Shown: positions 38,199 to 51,627, counted from the stretch's first letter. The stretch: 64,000 nucleotides of DNA from Octopus sinensis (GCF_006345805.1 NC_043001.1:29822001-29886000), one strand, 5' to 3'. The notes: generated from the letters alone by a model not told the origin. Numbers and translations are program-made.

Positions 38199-38585
38199 TT
38201 TTCTACTCAAGACACAAGGCCCGACATTTTGGAGGAGGGGGGGCAGTCTATTAGATCGACCCCAGTACGCAACTGGTACTTAATTTATCGACCCCGAAAG
38301 GATGAAAGGTAAAGTCGACCTCGGTGGAATTTGAACTCAGAACGTAACCGCAGACGAAATACCTATTTCTTTACAACACACAAGGGGCTAAACACAGAGG
38401 AGACAAACAAGGGCAGACAAACGGATTAAGTCGATTATATCGACCCCAGTGCGTAACTGGTGCTTATTTAATCGACCCCGAAAGGATGAAAGGCAAAGTC
38501 GACCTCGGCAAAATTTGAACTCAGAACGGTAGCGGTAGACGAAATACCGCTAGGCATTTCGCACGGCGTGTTAACATTTCTGCCA
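38199..38585 (-). mobile_element. SINE B dimer (B1+B2)
   Basis: Junction GACGAAATACC|TATTTCTTTAC at about 38355-38375; B2 tail at the 38199 end. Confidence 0.82.
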
Positions 38586-39073
38586 TAAATACATTTCTCC
38601 CTCGTACTACGAGTGCTGGCCAGTCAGTTATTTTTGATTCGTAACTATGATTTCTAGTTATCTCATTGCGCAATGTTTGGGCAAGTGTATTATAGCTTCT
38701 AGCTGACTATTGTCACTTGAATCAACTTCAGCGTTGGAAAACCGTGTGCGAGGACTATAATATATGTATTTGAGAAAGCTTTCATGTGTACATCCATTTT
38801 ATTCTGTTACTCTTTGTACGTAATTATCGCTTTCTTCTTGAATACATTGTTGAATCTCTTAATTTTCTTTCTCCCGACTCCTCAGTGAAATGTTTGCCAT
38901 TTCGAATCACTTTCTCATTAATAGATTTTGCTTAATCCAAGTGGCGAATATATTATATGATTGCTAGTTCAAATTGGGCTCTCCACCAAATGTTGTCTTG
39001 TTATATATTTAAGAAAGTGTGTGTGTGTCCCTCCAGTTACTCTTTGCTGAATCTCTAAATACTATTTTACACT

Positions 39074-39646
39074 AAGGCGGCGAGTTGGCACAAAGTTGCC
39101 GGGTGAAATGCTTAGCGGTATTTCGCCTGCCGCTACGTTCTGAGTTCAAATTCCGCCGAGGTCGACTTTACCTTTCATCCTTTCGGGGTCGATAAATTAA
39201 GTACCAGTTACGCACTGAGGTCGATGTAATCGACTTATTCCGTTTGTCTGTCCTTATTGGTCCTCTCTGTGTTTAGCCCCTTGTGGGAAGTAAAGAAATA
39301 GGTATTTCGTCTGCCGCTACGTTTTGAGTTCGAATTCCGCCGAGGTCGTCTTTGCGTTTCATCCTTTCGGGGTCGATAAATTAAGTACCAGTTACGCACT
39401 GAGGTCGATATAATCGACTTATTCCGTTTGTCTGTCCCTTTTCGTCTCCTCTGTGTTTAGCCCCTTGTGGGTAGTAAAGAAATATGTATTTCGTCTCTTT
39501 ATGTTCTGAGTTCAAATTCTGCAGAGGTCGTCTTTGCTTGTCATCCTTTCGGGAACGATAGATTAAGTACCAGTTGCGTACTGGGTCGATGTAATCGACT
39601 GGCCCCCTCCTCCAAAAATTTCGGCCCTTGTTCCTAGAGTAGAAAA
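39074..39646 (+). mobile_element. SINE B trimer (B1, B1, B2) with 17-bp TSD
   Basis: TSD AAATACTATTTTA(C/T)ACT at 39057-39073 and 39647-39663. Confidence 0.87.
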
Positions 39647-40059
39647 AAATACTATTTTATACTTATGCTTTTTATATTGAAAGCTTTGCCTCTCTCCCTC
39701 TAGAAAACAATTTTAAATTTAATATGGAACTGCTGCTATCTATATCAGTATGCACATTATATCAACTATTTATATTTAATTTTCGTGTTAAGTCAAATTT
39801 TGGGGGTATGAGTTCATATTACGTACACAACGATATGTAGTCTTTCGTTGTACGATTTGCAATAAATTATTTCAATTCTAATACCCTATGTTAGAGATGG
39901 ATTTGAAGGAGAAGTGGCTTTATTTCTTGTAGTTGAGTGACTACAACAACTACCGTCCTGCTAGTGAGTCTATGATTATATCAGGGAGGGAATTATGTTT
40001 AAAGATAAGGGGGGAAATGTGGGAAAGATAGTTGCGTGTGTTCGAGATGAGATTTACAT

Positions 40060-41800
40060 CTGGTAACTTCATAAGATTGGTACCGCCTGGAGTTTGACAT
40101 TGTTGTTGCCTACACAATATCTGTTGCGTGGTTTATTCTAGTTCTAGAAGTGCTTTCCAAAGCAACAGACTTTTCATAACAAACGGCCGAGGTTAATTCA
40201 CTTAAGGCGGCCTTCATGGATGATTTGATGCTTCTATCAGGAGAATGGATCATGCAGATGCCCACGCAGGTTAGACAAGCTGATAAAGGGGGCAAGGATG
40301 CAGTTCAAAACAAAAAAAAACTTATTTCCCACAAGGGATACACACAGATGGGGACACGAAACAAAGAAGAAAGCAAAAAAGACTCGCATAGTCTGACATT
40401 TGAAGGAATACAGAAAGAAGTGAATTTGAAATAGGAGAAAGTATGCCAACAGTTATGAAACTATTAAGAGCCTGAGGTATACATGATTTGGAACTTTGTC
40501 AGGCTGAAGCCGCGGGATGTAGATTGCAAAGCAAGCTGAGAATGGACTAAAAGCAATTGATGGTTCAAAACTACCAGGCATGTATAAAATTTAGTATCTA
40601 CAGTTTGGCCAATATCGACACCTTTCGTGACCACTAGTAATATACGAGGTAGCAGTGTCACGAGTTCAAACCGTTGAACAAAATTACAATGCATTCATTA
40701 GGAAATAACTAGGTACACTTCGTATAATAAACACTTCAACTCTTTATCGCAAAAGGGGGACATTTCAATTTCTACTGATCTCAATGGTCGAAATTTATAA
40801 AATAGAGACGGTAGGAACAATGAGGATGGTGCTAGGGGAGTCGAAGGATAGAAAAATTAAGGCACAATCCACCAGATGTAAAAAAAAACAAACTAGAAAG
40901 TGGAAAGCAAAGGCAGAAATTAATGACCTCCTGTCAAGCACAAAATACGGCGGGAGCCATATAGTTGAAAGGAGGGGACTTTGGTTTAGCTCATAATTCC
41001 AAGCCACTTTCGAGTATGAGCCAGAGCGAACGCAGTTTTGTTGCTAGTAGGCAAGGGAAGCAAAGAAATGAGTTTCATTTGATTTAATGCTCTCAACAAT
41101 GAATGATGAGAGAAACACGTAATTGAGATAAGTTGGAATGGAAGTGGAGTACATCATTACTAAGTCTTTCAATGTGTTCGTCTTATGATACCTTGCTATT
41201 CCCTACAAACCTGGTGAGGTGGAAGTTGTCAAAGAGTGATAAATGCAAATCTGGGAAGGTAGGAACACTGAAACATATTCTTTGCAGCTGGTGTTGTATA
41301 GATGGAGGCACAATCTGTTAATATTCTGTTCAATGCCGCGCGGAACCAAATTTCTCTAATCAACAATGACAAGAAATGATAGAGAAATCCAGTAAGATTT
41401 TATTCACTTTCGTGCATCCAGGACAGCTGATCTGTTTGAAGGAGCTTCCTACGAACGATGAAAAGTGGAATGGCTATGGGAAGGTGGCTGCAGATTTGCC
41501 AAAGTGCTAAAGATTCTTCTCCGCTCCATTTGCGGAGAAACCAATTATTGTATGGTGTAAAGAAATCTGGTCGAGTTGACAGTTTCCCTTGAAAATAACA
41601 TGGGCGCTACGTGGGCTCAAAAGATTGACCTTTATGAACTTGAAGAATGTGGAGATGCGGGCTGGAAAGCAGAACATTATCCAACTGAAATTGAAAGAGT
41701 TCATTCTATGGGGTGGGGAATCAATGATCAAAAGCATTCGAATTTTGACTTACATCCGCTTTATTTTAAAATAAAGAGACTAACAATGACCATTACATTT
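40060..41800 (+). mobile_element. Decayed Hero-like RLE non-LTR retrotransposon (RT, CCHC finger, RLE)
   Basis: AFMDDL (FMDD at 40213-40224), GLKAIDGSKLPGMYKI..LQFG...WPLVIYEV, YDTLLFPTNLVRW..GTLKHIL, and LVELTVSLENNM...GWKAEHYP. Confidence 0.75.
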
Positions 41801-42079
41801 ATTTAAAACGGTACGGTGAGAAATGAAGGATATTTGACCGCAGTTTCTTTTAAATGGAAACGCTAAGCCATGAGGACGTGCACAAACCAACGCTTGTTGT
41901 CAAGCAGTAGAGATGAACGAACATATACACACACAATCTATATATCTTTGTATGTATATGATGATATACGTATATAAACGATGGACTTACACAGTTTCCG
42001 TCAAATTCTCTCACAACCTATTGATCAGCTCGGGGCTATAGCAGAATAAATGTTCTCCTCTATGGAGCTACTGGTACTT

Positions 42080-42450
42080 ATTACTGAACATCATATTTCT
42101 GTTCCAAACCATTATAACAAACCTGCTGTGTTTGCATATCGCGGAAATATTGATGCAAATTTCCCAATATTTCCTAAGTTAAGACAAATTTGATTTACTG
42201 AAAATCAGAAACCTCTCCCTGTATTTGTTCCAAATCATTTCTCCTTATGGTTAGCAGCAGCATCATGCTGCATTAGAAACTTGCATGTTAATGGCTTGTT
42301 TGGGCAGCTGCTGGTCGCATGCGAAATATCTTCTGTAGAAGTGTGACATAATCAACATTTTCTATCTAATCTGGAGAGATTAAGTCTTCCGCTGCTTCTC
42401 TTTGTTGTGTATTTTATAGTAATCTCCTATTCTTGGTTGTAGAAACATGA
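42080..42450 (-). mobile_element. Degenerate R4/Dong-like LINE zinc-finger fragment
   Basis: CHTSTEDISHATSSCP...MQHD resembles the finger in the 24.7-kb element. Confidence 0.5.
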
Positions 42451-45400
42451 CCTTTAAAATTGACGTGTTGTGACGGTCGTGTGTTTCAGAGGGTCTACAC
42501 TTCCTGTCAATATTAGTATCATCTTCGAGCTTATGTATACTCACGCATAACTTTTTTGCCGTTTTTGGTTCTTTTTTATGTGGAGTGTTTCTCCACCAAA
42601 TTCTTGTTAAAATACCAGTTCTGGGGTTACGTGGAACGTCGTTTGTTTGTATCTAATTAGATCGTGGGTGACCGAATAAATAGATACCTGACAGCCAGCC
42701 GAGAGATCGGCATTTCTGTGTCAAGTGAAAGCACTGTATAATTGGCGAGTATTTCGTCGATTTTGCAGTGCTGAGTTCAATTCATTCCACAAGAATTCGT
42801 ACCGACGACAGATCAGCATTCTGTCTCCCACATAGTGGATATTTATCTTTCGTCTTGGAAGTTGAGGAAAGCACCAAATGATTTTTTTCCTTATTCTTTC
42901 ATAAGCTGAGTGGGGTGGGGTGTATTGATGCGGGAATTGAAGGTTGAAAATATGGAAGACTAGACTCATATAGACATTGAACTTTGTGTTTAAGACTCGT
43001 AAATAACAAACGTTTATAAGAAAAAGTTGCTTAGGAACTGATATAGTTAGAAAGGTAGAATCAAAATGTCGTTTTGAATTTGAAAACAGTTGGGTTTTTT
43101 CGAAAAATATAATAAAATGTCTATAAAATATAAAATGTTTCTGAATGAGGATTTGTAAATAAACAATTGTATGACAAGCGGCCGAAATGTTGGCACTGAA
43201 TTAACTATGTAATATAAATGAGTTAATAATACTAAAGAAAAACCAGTTTTACATTTAAAGAAGTCGGTCTTCCACTGTTATGCACCCTTTACCACCTGTG
43301 AGTCAAACAATTCTAGGAATAATTTGTACTATTAGTGCATAGCTTATTTACAAGATAACTGCGTTTTGTTAGTATGGATGTATCATTGAAAATAATTGAT
43401 ATGATTAAGAAAAGACAAAACCGAGAATTGTCACTGAGTCAGATGATTACAAACACTCAGCATCACAAGAACTGACAGTTGACCAATTTCTGGCACAATA
43501 TTTGTGTCGCTGATTTTGATTTCCTTTCTTTTCCTTTTTGGTTGTAATAGATTCAGCATATTTTACGAGTCATATGCGGCCGTGTGTGTGTGGGGGGGGG
43601 GGGGCGGTGGAGCGACGAACTAAATGATTATACTATTATTTACTTTCGCATCTCTGCAATCTGAGATCAAATCTCACATGCGTGAGATTGTGTATCTCTC
43701 CATTTTCCAGAGTTGATATAAGTACTTGCTTTCTCTAGAAATGTTTACCTTGTATGAAATAAATCTTCGGGTGTAATAGTAGCGAATATTGTGAAATATG
43801 AAGTGTGATATCACGAAAACGAGAACCGCAACACGGTTTTTAATTTAAAACGGAAACTATTTCACCTAATTAATGCTGCTTCGTGTAGAAAACAGAAATG
43901 CCATATTTTCAATTTATTTTATACAATATATGAGCTCTATACCTAGTTAAAACAATGGAGATTGTATAACTGGTAGGTATCACACAATGATTTTCAGTGT
44001 TAAGTTTCATCTGTCTTTACTCATTGAGTTCATGTCCAGCTTCGATAGACTTCATCTTGTGTCTCTCTGGGGCAAGAAAATAAGTTAATTATACAACTTC
44101 CATTAAAAAGAGTTCCTTGACTAAAGACATATCTGTATTTTTGTGTTGTTGTTTAATCGTAAGTCAGCCCTGATCCATGAGACTTACAGTTAAAGACATT
44201 TGGGATGTGATCAACTCATTTTTTTTTTCCAATACAGAAAACATGCAAGACTACATTACCAAATGTCTTTTACTGACAGAGAGGTGTTATTTGAGAGAGG
44301 TGTAGCTGCTCGCTTTAGCAGGTCGAATGACAGCAAAATGGTTCCGTCACAGGTTCGGAAACTATTTAAGCGAAATTGACATTGGATCTTACTGAGACAA
44401 TAATGTCGGATATTATACTGTCAAGCTCATTATTCTAGGTTCAAAAACCCTGTTCACTTACCTCCAAATAAGGTTGATGAAATAAATTCCATCAGAATAA
44501 TGGTTTATAATTTAAGCACAAGGCTAACAAATTTCAACGGGTAAGTTTGGGACAAATACCGCGAGGCATTTTTCCGTCACTCTGCTGGTTCTGCCAATTA
44601 ACCGCCCTTAAAGTTTCTAACATAAGTAATAGTGAAATTTGGGAGAGAGCATTCAGTCTACACCAGTAATACACTGCATTTTATTTTATCGGCAACCGAT
44701 GGATGGAAAACAAAGTTGACTTCAGCAGAAGCTAAATTCAGAACGTAAAAACCCGGAACAAATACCGCAAGGCATTTTGCCAGTCCGCCATCGTAAAATA
44801 CCATTAATATAATGGAACCGATGTATGCTATTTATTTCCTCTTATTGCAATCAATATTCGTTTATCTATAACAGGAAAGTACATACTGCATTTCTGAACT
44901 GATAATCTTATATTTCCACCCAATAAACTGGTAGTAACTTTATAATCTAAAGGTAGTAGTTTATGATGTAAGCTTCCTGTACGACACAAGAAATCTTGTT
45001 TTCGCTGTCACTGAATAATAAAGTTACCGTAATACAAATATTCATACTTCAGAGAGAATAAAAATATGGGTATCATTCATAGCTTCCAACATTCCCCTCT
45101 GATTACTAGTGACAATATTACATTGCTATTATTGACATGGCAAAGATATAAATATTCTCATTCAAACATTTTAAGAAGTCTTGTACTTTGAAACAGTTCT
45201 ATTTTTATCTCTAACAATAAGGACTGGTGTTAATTATAATATTAAATCTCAATTTGTTTCAAAATTGACTGTGATAACGATGATTATTTTCTCATCCGTG
45301 TGTGAAAACTGAATACATTTCTCGCAATAAAAAATCACACAGGCTGAGGAGGGTTGTGTGTGAGTAGGTGTTAAAAATGCGAGCTATATAAACTTGAGAT

Positions 45401-45969
45401 CGTGTCCTGGGAAGCAAAGTAAGCAAAGACAACTTAATTTCAGTTTGTTACTTCATTTCACTTATTATATCAAATGTAGTTTTACCGGATTTAATCTGAA
45501 AAACATTGACCTCTATCAAGGCTCACTTGTCTATGACACATACAGGTAGACAAGGTCTTCGAAGGACCATTAACCAGCATTTAGAAGGTACTTATACATT
45601 TCACAGGCACTGAAAAAAAGCTGTATTTTTTATAAAATACAAAATTATGTATATTTCTTTAATGGTCACAATCAGTTGAAATAATAATAAATACTTTAAC
45701 AAAAATGTTTTTAATGGTTTCCAAATCATTCCTCTGTTAATCTTTTAATGATTTCAGTCACTAGATTTGCAATCCTTCTGGAGTACTGGGTTTTGTCGAT
45801 CAATGCTTATGTTTTAAGTCTAATACTTATTTTTAAAGTCCAGAACTTATTTTTAAATTCTATTCAGTATATTATCTGCATCGCTTTTCCAAACCGCCAA
45901 GATATTGGATGGAAGGAACACAATATCAACCACACGTATTTAAGACCAGAGTAAAGATACATGACCATA

Positions 45970-46176
45970 GGATGGGATGCTGAAAAATTCCTGGCTTTAA
46001 GGGTGTTGCGAAAGTCCTGGTTGGAGGTCCACCCTTCCGAGTTCTTTTACAGGGCTTAGAAAAACTGAAGGACTGCTACAATTAGTGAATGAATATGAGC
46101 GAGAAATATGTTGAATAAAATCATTAACTAATCCTTCTGTATTTTTATCCAAAGCCAGACATTTTTCAGCACCCTC

Positions 46177-46180
<4 letters not shown>
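45970..46180. mobile_element. Mariner-derived MITE (~200 bp)
   Basis: Imperfect TIRs GGGATGCTGAAAAATTCCTGGCTTT / AAAGCCAGACATTTTTCAGCACCC. The interior resembles the 3' end of mariner elements. Confidence 0.65.
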
Positions 46181-46217
<37 letters not shown>

Positions 46218-46661
46218 CGAAGGACCACTAGTATATGTTGAGATACCTCTCTAGGAGAAAGAACTCATTTTCATCCAATGATGTAGACAAGTTCTTTTTG
46301 AAAAAAACAAACACATATGTTGTTTAGATAGTGGGATTGGTCCTGAGCAAGACCTTTTCCTCAATTCAAAGAGCTTCAGGCACAGATATCGCTGGATATT
46401 TTAACATCTCTATTATGCTGCTATGGTTGACCGTAGCCTAGAAAAATAAAAACAGTCAATGAAAAATTCGATGGTGGCATAAAGGTATGCGTCAGCGTGA
46501 GTGGTAAGTTCACTGAACACCTGTTGCAAGAGATAGCACATCAATGTAAAAGTATGTAGGTTCCTAGCACGATTGAGAAGTCGCATCCATTCTGCTCATG
46601 TTTAAGAGAAAAACCAAGTGATGGTATTGCTCGAAATCGAATTGCTGTTGTTATTTATTCA

Positions 46662-47078
46662 GGATCTTTTCGGTTTGAACGGCAGTTTTTTCTAGCGGTG
46701 TCATATGAAATTGTCACCCATAATTATGACCCTAGTATCGATCTATTGCATTTCAATCTATTTTAGGATTAGGGTTAGTTACGGTTAGGGGTGAGGGGAA
46801 GGGTATTACCCAAATGTAAATAAACCCAATCTGTTTCTTAAACGAGGGACATATTCATACGGCACAGAATGTTGTTTACCTCAATGGACGTCAGTGATTG
46901 GTTGAAATTGCAGAAATTGAAGAAAATAACAACAAATATCTTACAAACTATAGAATTTTCTCAATAAAGCCAAGAGAAAAAGATGTTTTATAAACACATT
47001 CTACCAGTATACGAAGTTTAACATTTTTTAGTTACCTAGAAATTATGTTAAAAACTGCCGTTCAAACCGAAAAGATCC
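46662..47078. mobile_element. Second copy of the 29-bp-TIR MITE
   Basis: Same TIRs; 8-bp TSD TTTATTCA/TTTATTTA (1 mismatch). Confidence 0.88.
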
Positions 47079-47093
47079 TTTATTTATGTATGT

Positions 47094-47412
47094 GAAGGCA
47101 CCTGGCTTAGTGGTTAGGGCATTCGGCTCACGATCGTAAAAGACGTGAGTTCAATTCTCGGTGATGCGTTGTGTCCTTGAGCAAGACACTTTATTTCACG
47201 TTACTCCAATCCAATTAGCTGGCAAAAATTAGTAGTACCTGTATTCCAAAGGACCAGCCTTCTTACACTGTGTCACGCTGAATCTCCCTAAGATCTACGT
47301 TAAGGGTACACGTGTCTGTGGAGTGTTCAGCCACTTGCACGTTAATTTCATGAACAAGCTGTTCCGTTGATCATATCAGCCGGGACCCTCGTCGTCGTAA
47401 CCGACGGAGTGC
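47094..47412 (+). mobile_element. SINE 'C' full-length copy
   Basis: Homologous end to end to 10746-11072. Confidence 0.85.
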
Positions 47413-48247
47413 TCCCATAGAAAAGCTGTATAATATCAGCAAAAAAATCATGAAATGCTATGCTCTTAGAAAGCTTCAAAGTGGCAGTAACATTGATAAC
47501 AAGAGTAGTCTATCTTGGACTAAGCGGATATTAGCTCACGTTTTCAAGAATATGCTTTTTAATATAGGTGCAAGAAATAATATATCTGGCATACGAAAGG
47601 GATAGAGATGCAGATAAACCCACTAGATACAACAATCCATGTAGACTCCGTAGAATTAACACTGAGTATATCACCCAATGTAATACCGTGATGTCCGAAA
47701 AAGACATCACAGTATTACATAACTATGAGATATGATATCGAGGCTCGAACATTATTTTATGGGTTTTGTAGAAAGGCTAACACTGAGGAGACAAATATAA
47801 GAAGCTACAATGGTTTAGAGGACATAATCACACATAATATTGGTTTCAAATTTTGGCACAAAGCTAACAATTTCCGCGAGTAAGTGGTAAGTCGATTACA
47901 TCGACCCCAGTGTTCATTTGGTAGTTATTTTATCGACCCCGCAAGAATGTGAGGCAAAGTTGGTCTCCGGAATTCGACCTCAAAACATGAAGACGGACGA
48001 AATGCCGCCAACCATTTCGTCTGACGTGTAAACGATTCTGCCAGATCGCCACCTTAACCATACATAATATTAGCGGAACAATCCATCAAAACTTCTGTAA
48101 GATGCAATCATAAGAGACAAGGCGACAGAGAAAAGAAAATATCCACAGTAGTTAAAATCAGTTGCCCAACAGGAGTGAACAAAATATTAATGATTAGTGA
48201 AAAAGAAAGCATATATGCAAAACTGCTGAGAAATCTGTGGATACTCC

Positions 48248-49190
48248 ATCATCATTATCATCATCATCATCATCGTTTAACGTTCGCTTTCCATGCTAGC
48301 ATGGGTTAGACGATTTTGACTGAGAGCTGGCGAACTAGAAGGCTGCACCAGGCTCCAATCTTGATCTGGCAGAGTTTCTACAGCTGGATGCCCTTCCTAA
48401 CACCAACCATTCCAAGAGTGTAGTGGGTGCTTTTTACGTGCCGCCGGCACGGGGTGGCGAGCTGGCAGAATCGTTAGCACGCCGAGCGAAATGCTTTGTG
48501 GTATTTCGCTCGCCGCTGCATTCTGAGTTCAAATTCCGCCGAGGTCGACTTTGCCTTTCATCCTTTTGGGGTCGATTAAATAAGTTTTGCGCTGGGGTCG
48601 ATATAATCGACTTAATCCGTTTGTCTGTTCTTGTTTGTCCTCTCTGTGTTTAGCCCCTTGTGGGCAGTAAACAAATAGGTACTGGCAACGACCTCGCTCG
48701 AATCTTTTTACACATGCCACCGGCGCAGGTGCCAGTAAGGCGACGCTGGTAACGATCACGCTCGAATGGTGCTTTTACGTGCCACCTGCATGGAAGTCAG
48801 TTAGGCGCTCTGGCAACGATCACGCTCGGATGGTGCTCTTAGCACCCTAATAGCATGGGCACAAGTGCCAGTAAGGCGACGCTGGTAACGATCACACTCG
48901 AATGGTGCCACTTATGTGCCACTGGCACGGAAGCCGGTTAGCCACTCTGTCAACGATCACACTGGTATGGTGCTCTTTGCACCCCGCTAGCACAGATGCC
49001 AGTCAACGAATTTGATTTTGATTTCACTTGCCTCAACAGGTCTTCACAAGCAGAGTTTAGTGTCCAAAGAAGGAAAAGGTACGCATAAGTGGGCTGGTTA
49101 CGCTCCTGGCATAGGCCACGAGGTTATGGTCTCATTTGACTTGCCGGGTCTTCCCAAGCACAATATATTTCCTAAAATCTCGGTCACTGG
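48248..49190 (-). mobile_element. RTE-type LINE 3' end with internal tandem sub-repeats and (GAT)n tail, interrupted by SINE B1
   Basis: ORF end DRDFRKYIVLGKTRQVK*. 3' UTR with ~55-70-bp units containing CTGG(C/T)AACGATCAC(G/A)CTCG. Terminus GTTAAACGATGATGATG. Confidence 0.7.
48452..48676 (+). mobile_element. SINE B1 monomer nested in the RTE 3' UTR
   Basis: Head GGTGGCGAGCTGGCAGAATCG; tail GGGCAGTAAACAAATA joined to host GGTACTGG. Confidence 0.85.
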
Positions 49191-49194
49191 ACAA

Positions 49195-49370
49195 TAATTT
49201 TAGATTTCTACCAATGATGATTGCAGCACTTGGATATGTGACTAAATGCCTCTGTATCAATCCTGGAAAGCTGGGTTTCACAAAACTAGAAAGAAAATGA
49301 TTAATCAGGTGACAGCTACAGGCTATTTTAGGCAGTGTCAAAATATACCAAACCTCTTAAAGGTGTTGAA
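49195..49370 (+). mobile_element. R4/Dong-like LINE C-terminal fragment
   Basis: PMMIAALGYVTKCL..NPGKLGF...ILGSVKIYQT matches the RLE-LINE C-terminus seen at 24.2-24.5 kb. Confidence 0.55.
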
Positions 49371-49580
49371 TATGATCCACGTATGTAGTGACATCGAAGC
49401 CTGCAGCCATGTGCATGTACCCTGCATATATTTGTATATGCATACATATGTGCATGCAGATATACATACAAATGCATGCAGACAAGGCGAATCTGTTCTT
49501 GTTCTCTAAATTCCAAAGAAAGAATCTTGTTTCTAGGTTAGAAACCTAGAACTCTTTCAGCATTCTAAAACATACATTCT

Positions 49581-49639
<59 letters not shown>

Positions 49640-50054
49640 CACGCACAAATATACACATCGTACCCTGTAAACAACATTGGTAAGTAGCGATCAGAAATCG
49701 GGATGAAGAATGTAAAAGTTGCTTCATAACAGTGTTAGATGAGTATAGAGTGGTAATAAGAACAAAGAGATGACACCGGAAAAAGACAAAGGTTATGTAA
49801 TGAACTTCATTAGCTTAAAGCTGTTTCTGCTATAAGAAGCGGTGCACTCATAGTTGAGTACCTAGCTAATAGCTTCATCGGAGACTTGAATATGAAATGC
49901 ACTTTATTTAGGAAAATTACATTTCCAGAACATCAACCGTCACGAGTGAGAAAGTCTAAGTTGCTGCCTGTGGAAAATTATGTCCAAAATAGAAAAAATA
50001 TGCAAATATACGCATGTGTTTATGCCAGAATGAAAATTCACGCAGACATATATA

Positions 50055-50284
50055 TTTCTTTACTACCCACAAGGGGCTAAACACAGAGAGGACAAACAAG
50101 GACAGACAAACGGATTAAGTCGATTATATCGACCCCAGTGCGTAACTGGTACTTATTTAATCGACCCCGAAAGGATGAAAAGCAAAGTCGACCTCGGCGG
50201 AATTTGAATTCAGAACGTAACGGCAGACGAAATACGGCTACGCATTTCGCTCGGCGTGCTAATGTTTCTGCCAGCTCGCTGCCT
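50055..50284 (-). mobile_element. SINE B1 monomer
   Basis: Full head-body-B1 tail. Confidence 0.85.
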
Positions 50285-50484
50285 TTTTCACGCAGTCATA
50301 TAGTCACACAGAGAACATAGATATATGGGTACACGCGTACACCCATCACACTCATGCACCCATACAAAACGTACCCATATGCGCAAACACACACACACAC
50401 AGCAGAGATAGAGAATACGTGTATATATGTATAGACACTCACACATAAGTATGTGGTTTAGATATGTATATATACTGATATATA

Positions 50485-50715
50485 AAGGCGGCGAGCTGGC
50501 AGAAACGGTAGCACGCCGGGCGAAATGCGTAGCCGTATTTCGTCTGCCGTTACGTTCTGAGTTCAAATTCCGCTGAGGTCGACTTTGCCTTTCATCCTTT
50601 CGGGGTCGATAAAATAAGTACCAGTTACGCCCTGGGGTCGATGGAATCGACTTAATCGCTTTGTCTGTCCTTGTTTGTCCCCTCTGTGTTTAGCCCCTTG
50701 TGGGTAGTAAAGAAA
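50485..50715 (+). mobile_element. SINE B1 monomer with 18-bp TSD
   Basis: TSD TATATATACTGATATATA at 50467-50484 and 50716-50733. Confidence 0.88.
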
Positions 50716-51096
50716 TATATATACTGATATATATATAACCTGGTGAAAGTATTGGGATGAAGAATAAAATGTTTGTAAGGTCATTAAGATGTTTAAGGGA
50801 TAAGAAAAGAACCATAGACCATTGGGCTATGTGTTGGTCATCTAAGTGTAGAGGCGGGCGCGTGTGTGTGTCTAAAGCTGTGTGTCTCATTGTACAGATA
50901 GAAGGAATTTAATTACTACTTTGGCTGATGTTGACATTTTCATCCCCAAACTAATCAGAGGGAAAATCAATAACCAATGAAAAGTTATGTAATCGATTTG
51001 TTACCCAGCACTCCATTGATATCTTTACGCAAAACCGATTGGTAAGATCAGCCGTGATGGATTTTAAAACTATACATTTCGGATAATCTTTTTATC

Positions 51097-51127
<31 letters not shown>

Positions 51128-51230
51128 CATAGACTTTTTCTATTCCTGAGCGTTATACTAATACATCTGTTTGTTTTGTACACCACCTGTCTTCGTCTTT
51201 TGTTTTTTTCGTAAACTCTCCCAATATATA

Positions 51231-51266
<36 letters not shown>

Positions 51267-51270
<4 letters not shown>

Positions 51271-51460
51271 CATATAAAAGGGATGAACTGTAAGCGGGCA
51301 TCCATTATGCTAGAAGAAGATCCGCTATGGTCTTACCACTAAGAAAGGTATGTTCTCAAGAAAAATTTAGCAAACATTCCTTTCTTAGTGGTAAGACCAT
51401 GGCGGAACTTCTTCTAGCATAATGGATGTCCACTTACAGGTTAACCCTTTTATATGTATG
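51267..51460. repeat. Palindromic element: ~88-bp inverted arms, ~18-nt spacer
   Basis: 51267-51354 is the reverse complement of 51373-51460 with about 8 mismatches. Confidence 0.9.
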
Positions 51461-51578
51461 CAATATAATTTTTTCTGAAACTTCAGATTTTTAAATATGC
51501 TAGACCACTGGTGTTAAATTGATATTAATCAAATTAATATTCAATTTTTCATCCGTATTATTTTAAATTTAAGTTTAT

Positions 51579-51627
<49 letters not shown>

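Noticed and set aside
48682-48990. CRISPR-like repeat-spacer appearance here and in the SINE B arrays
   Set aside because: The 'spacers' are homologous to each other, the context is eukaryotic retroposon sequence, and there are no cas genes.
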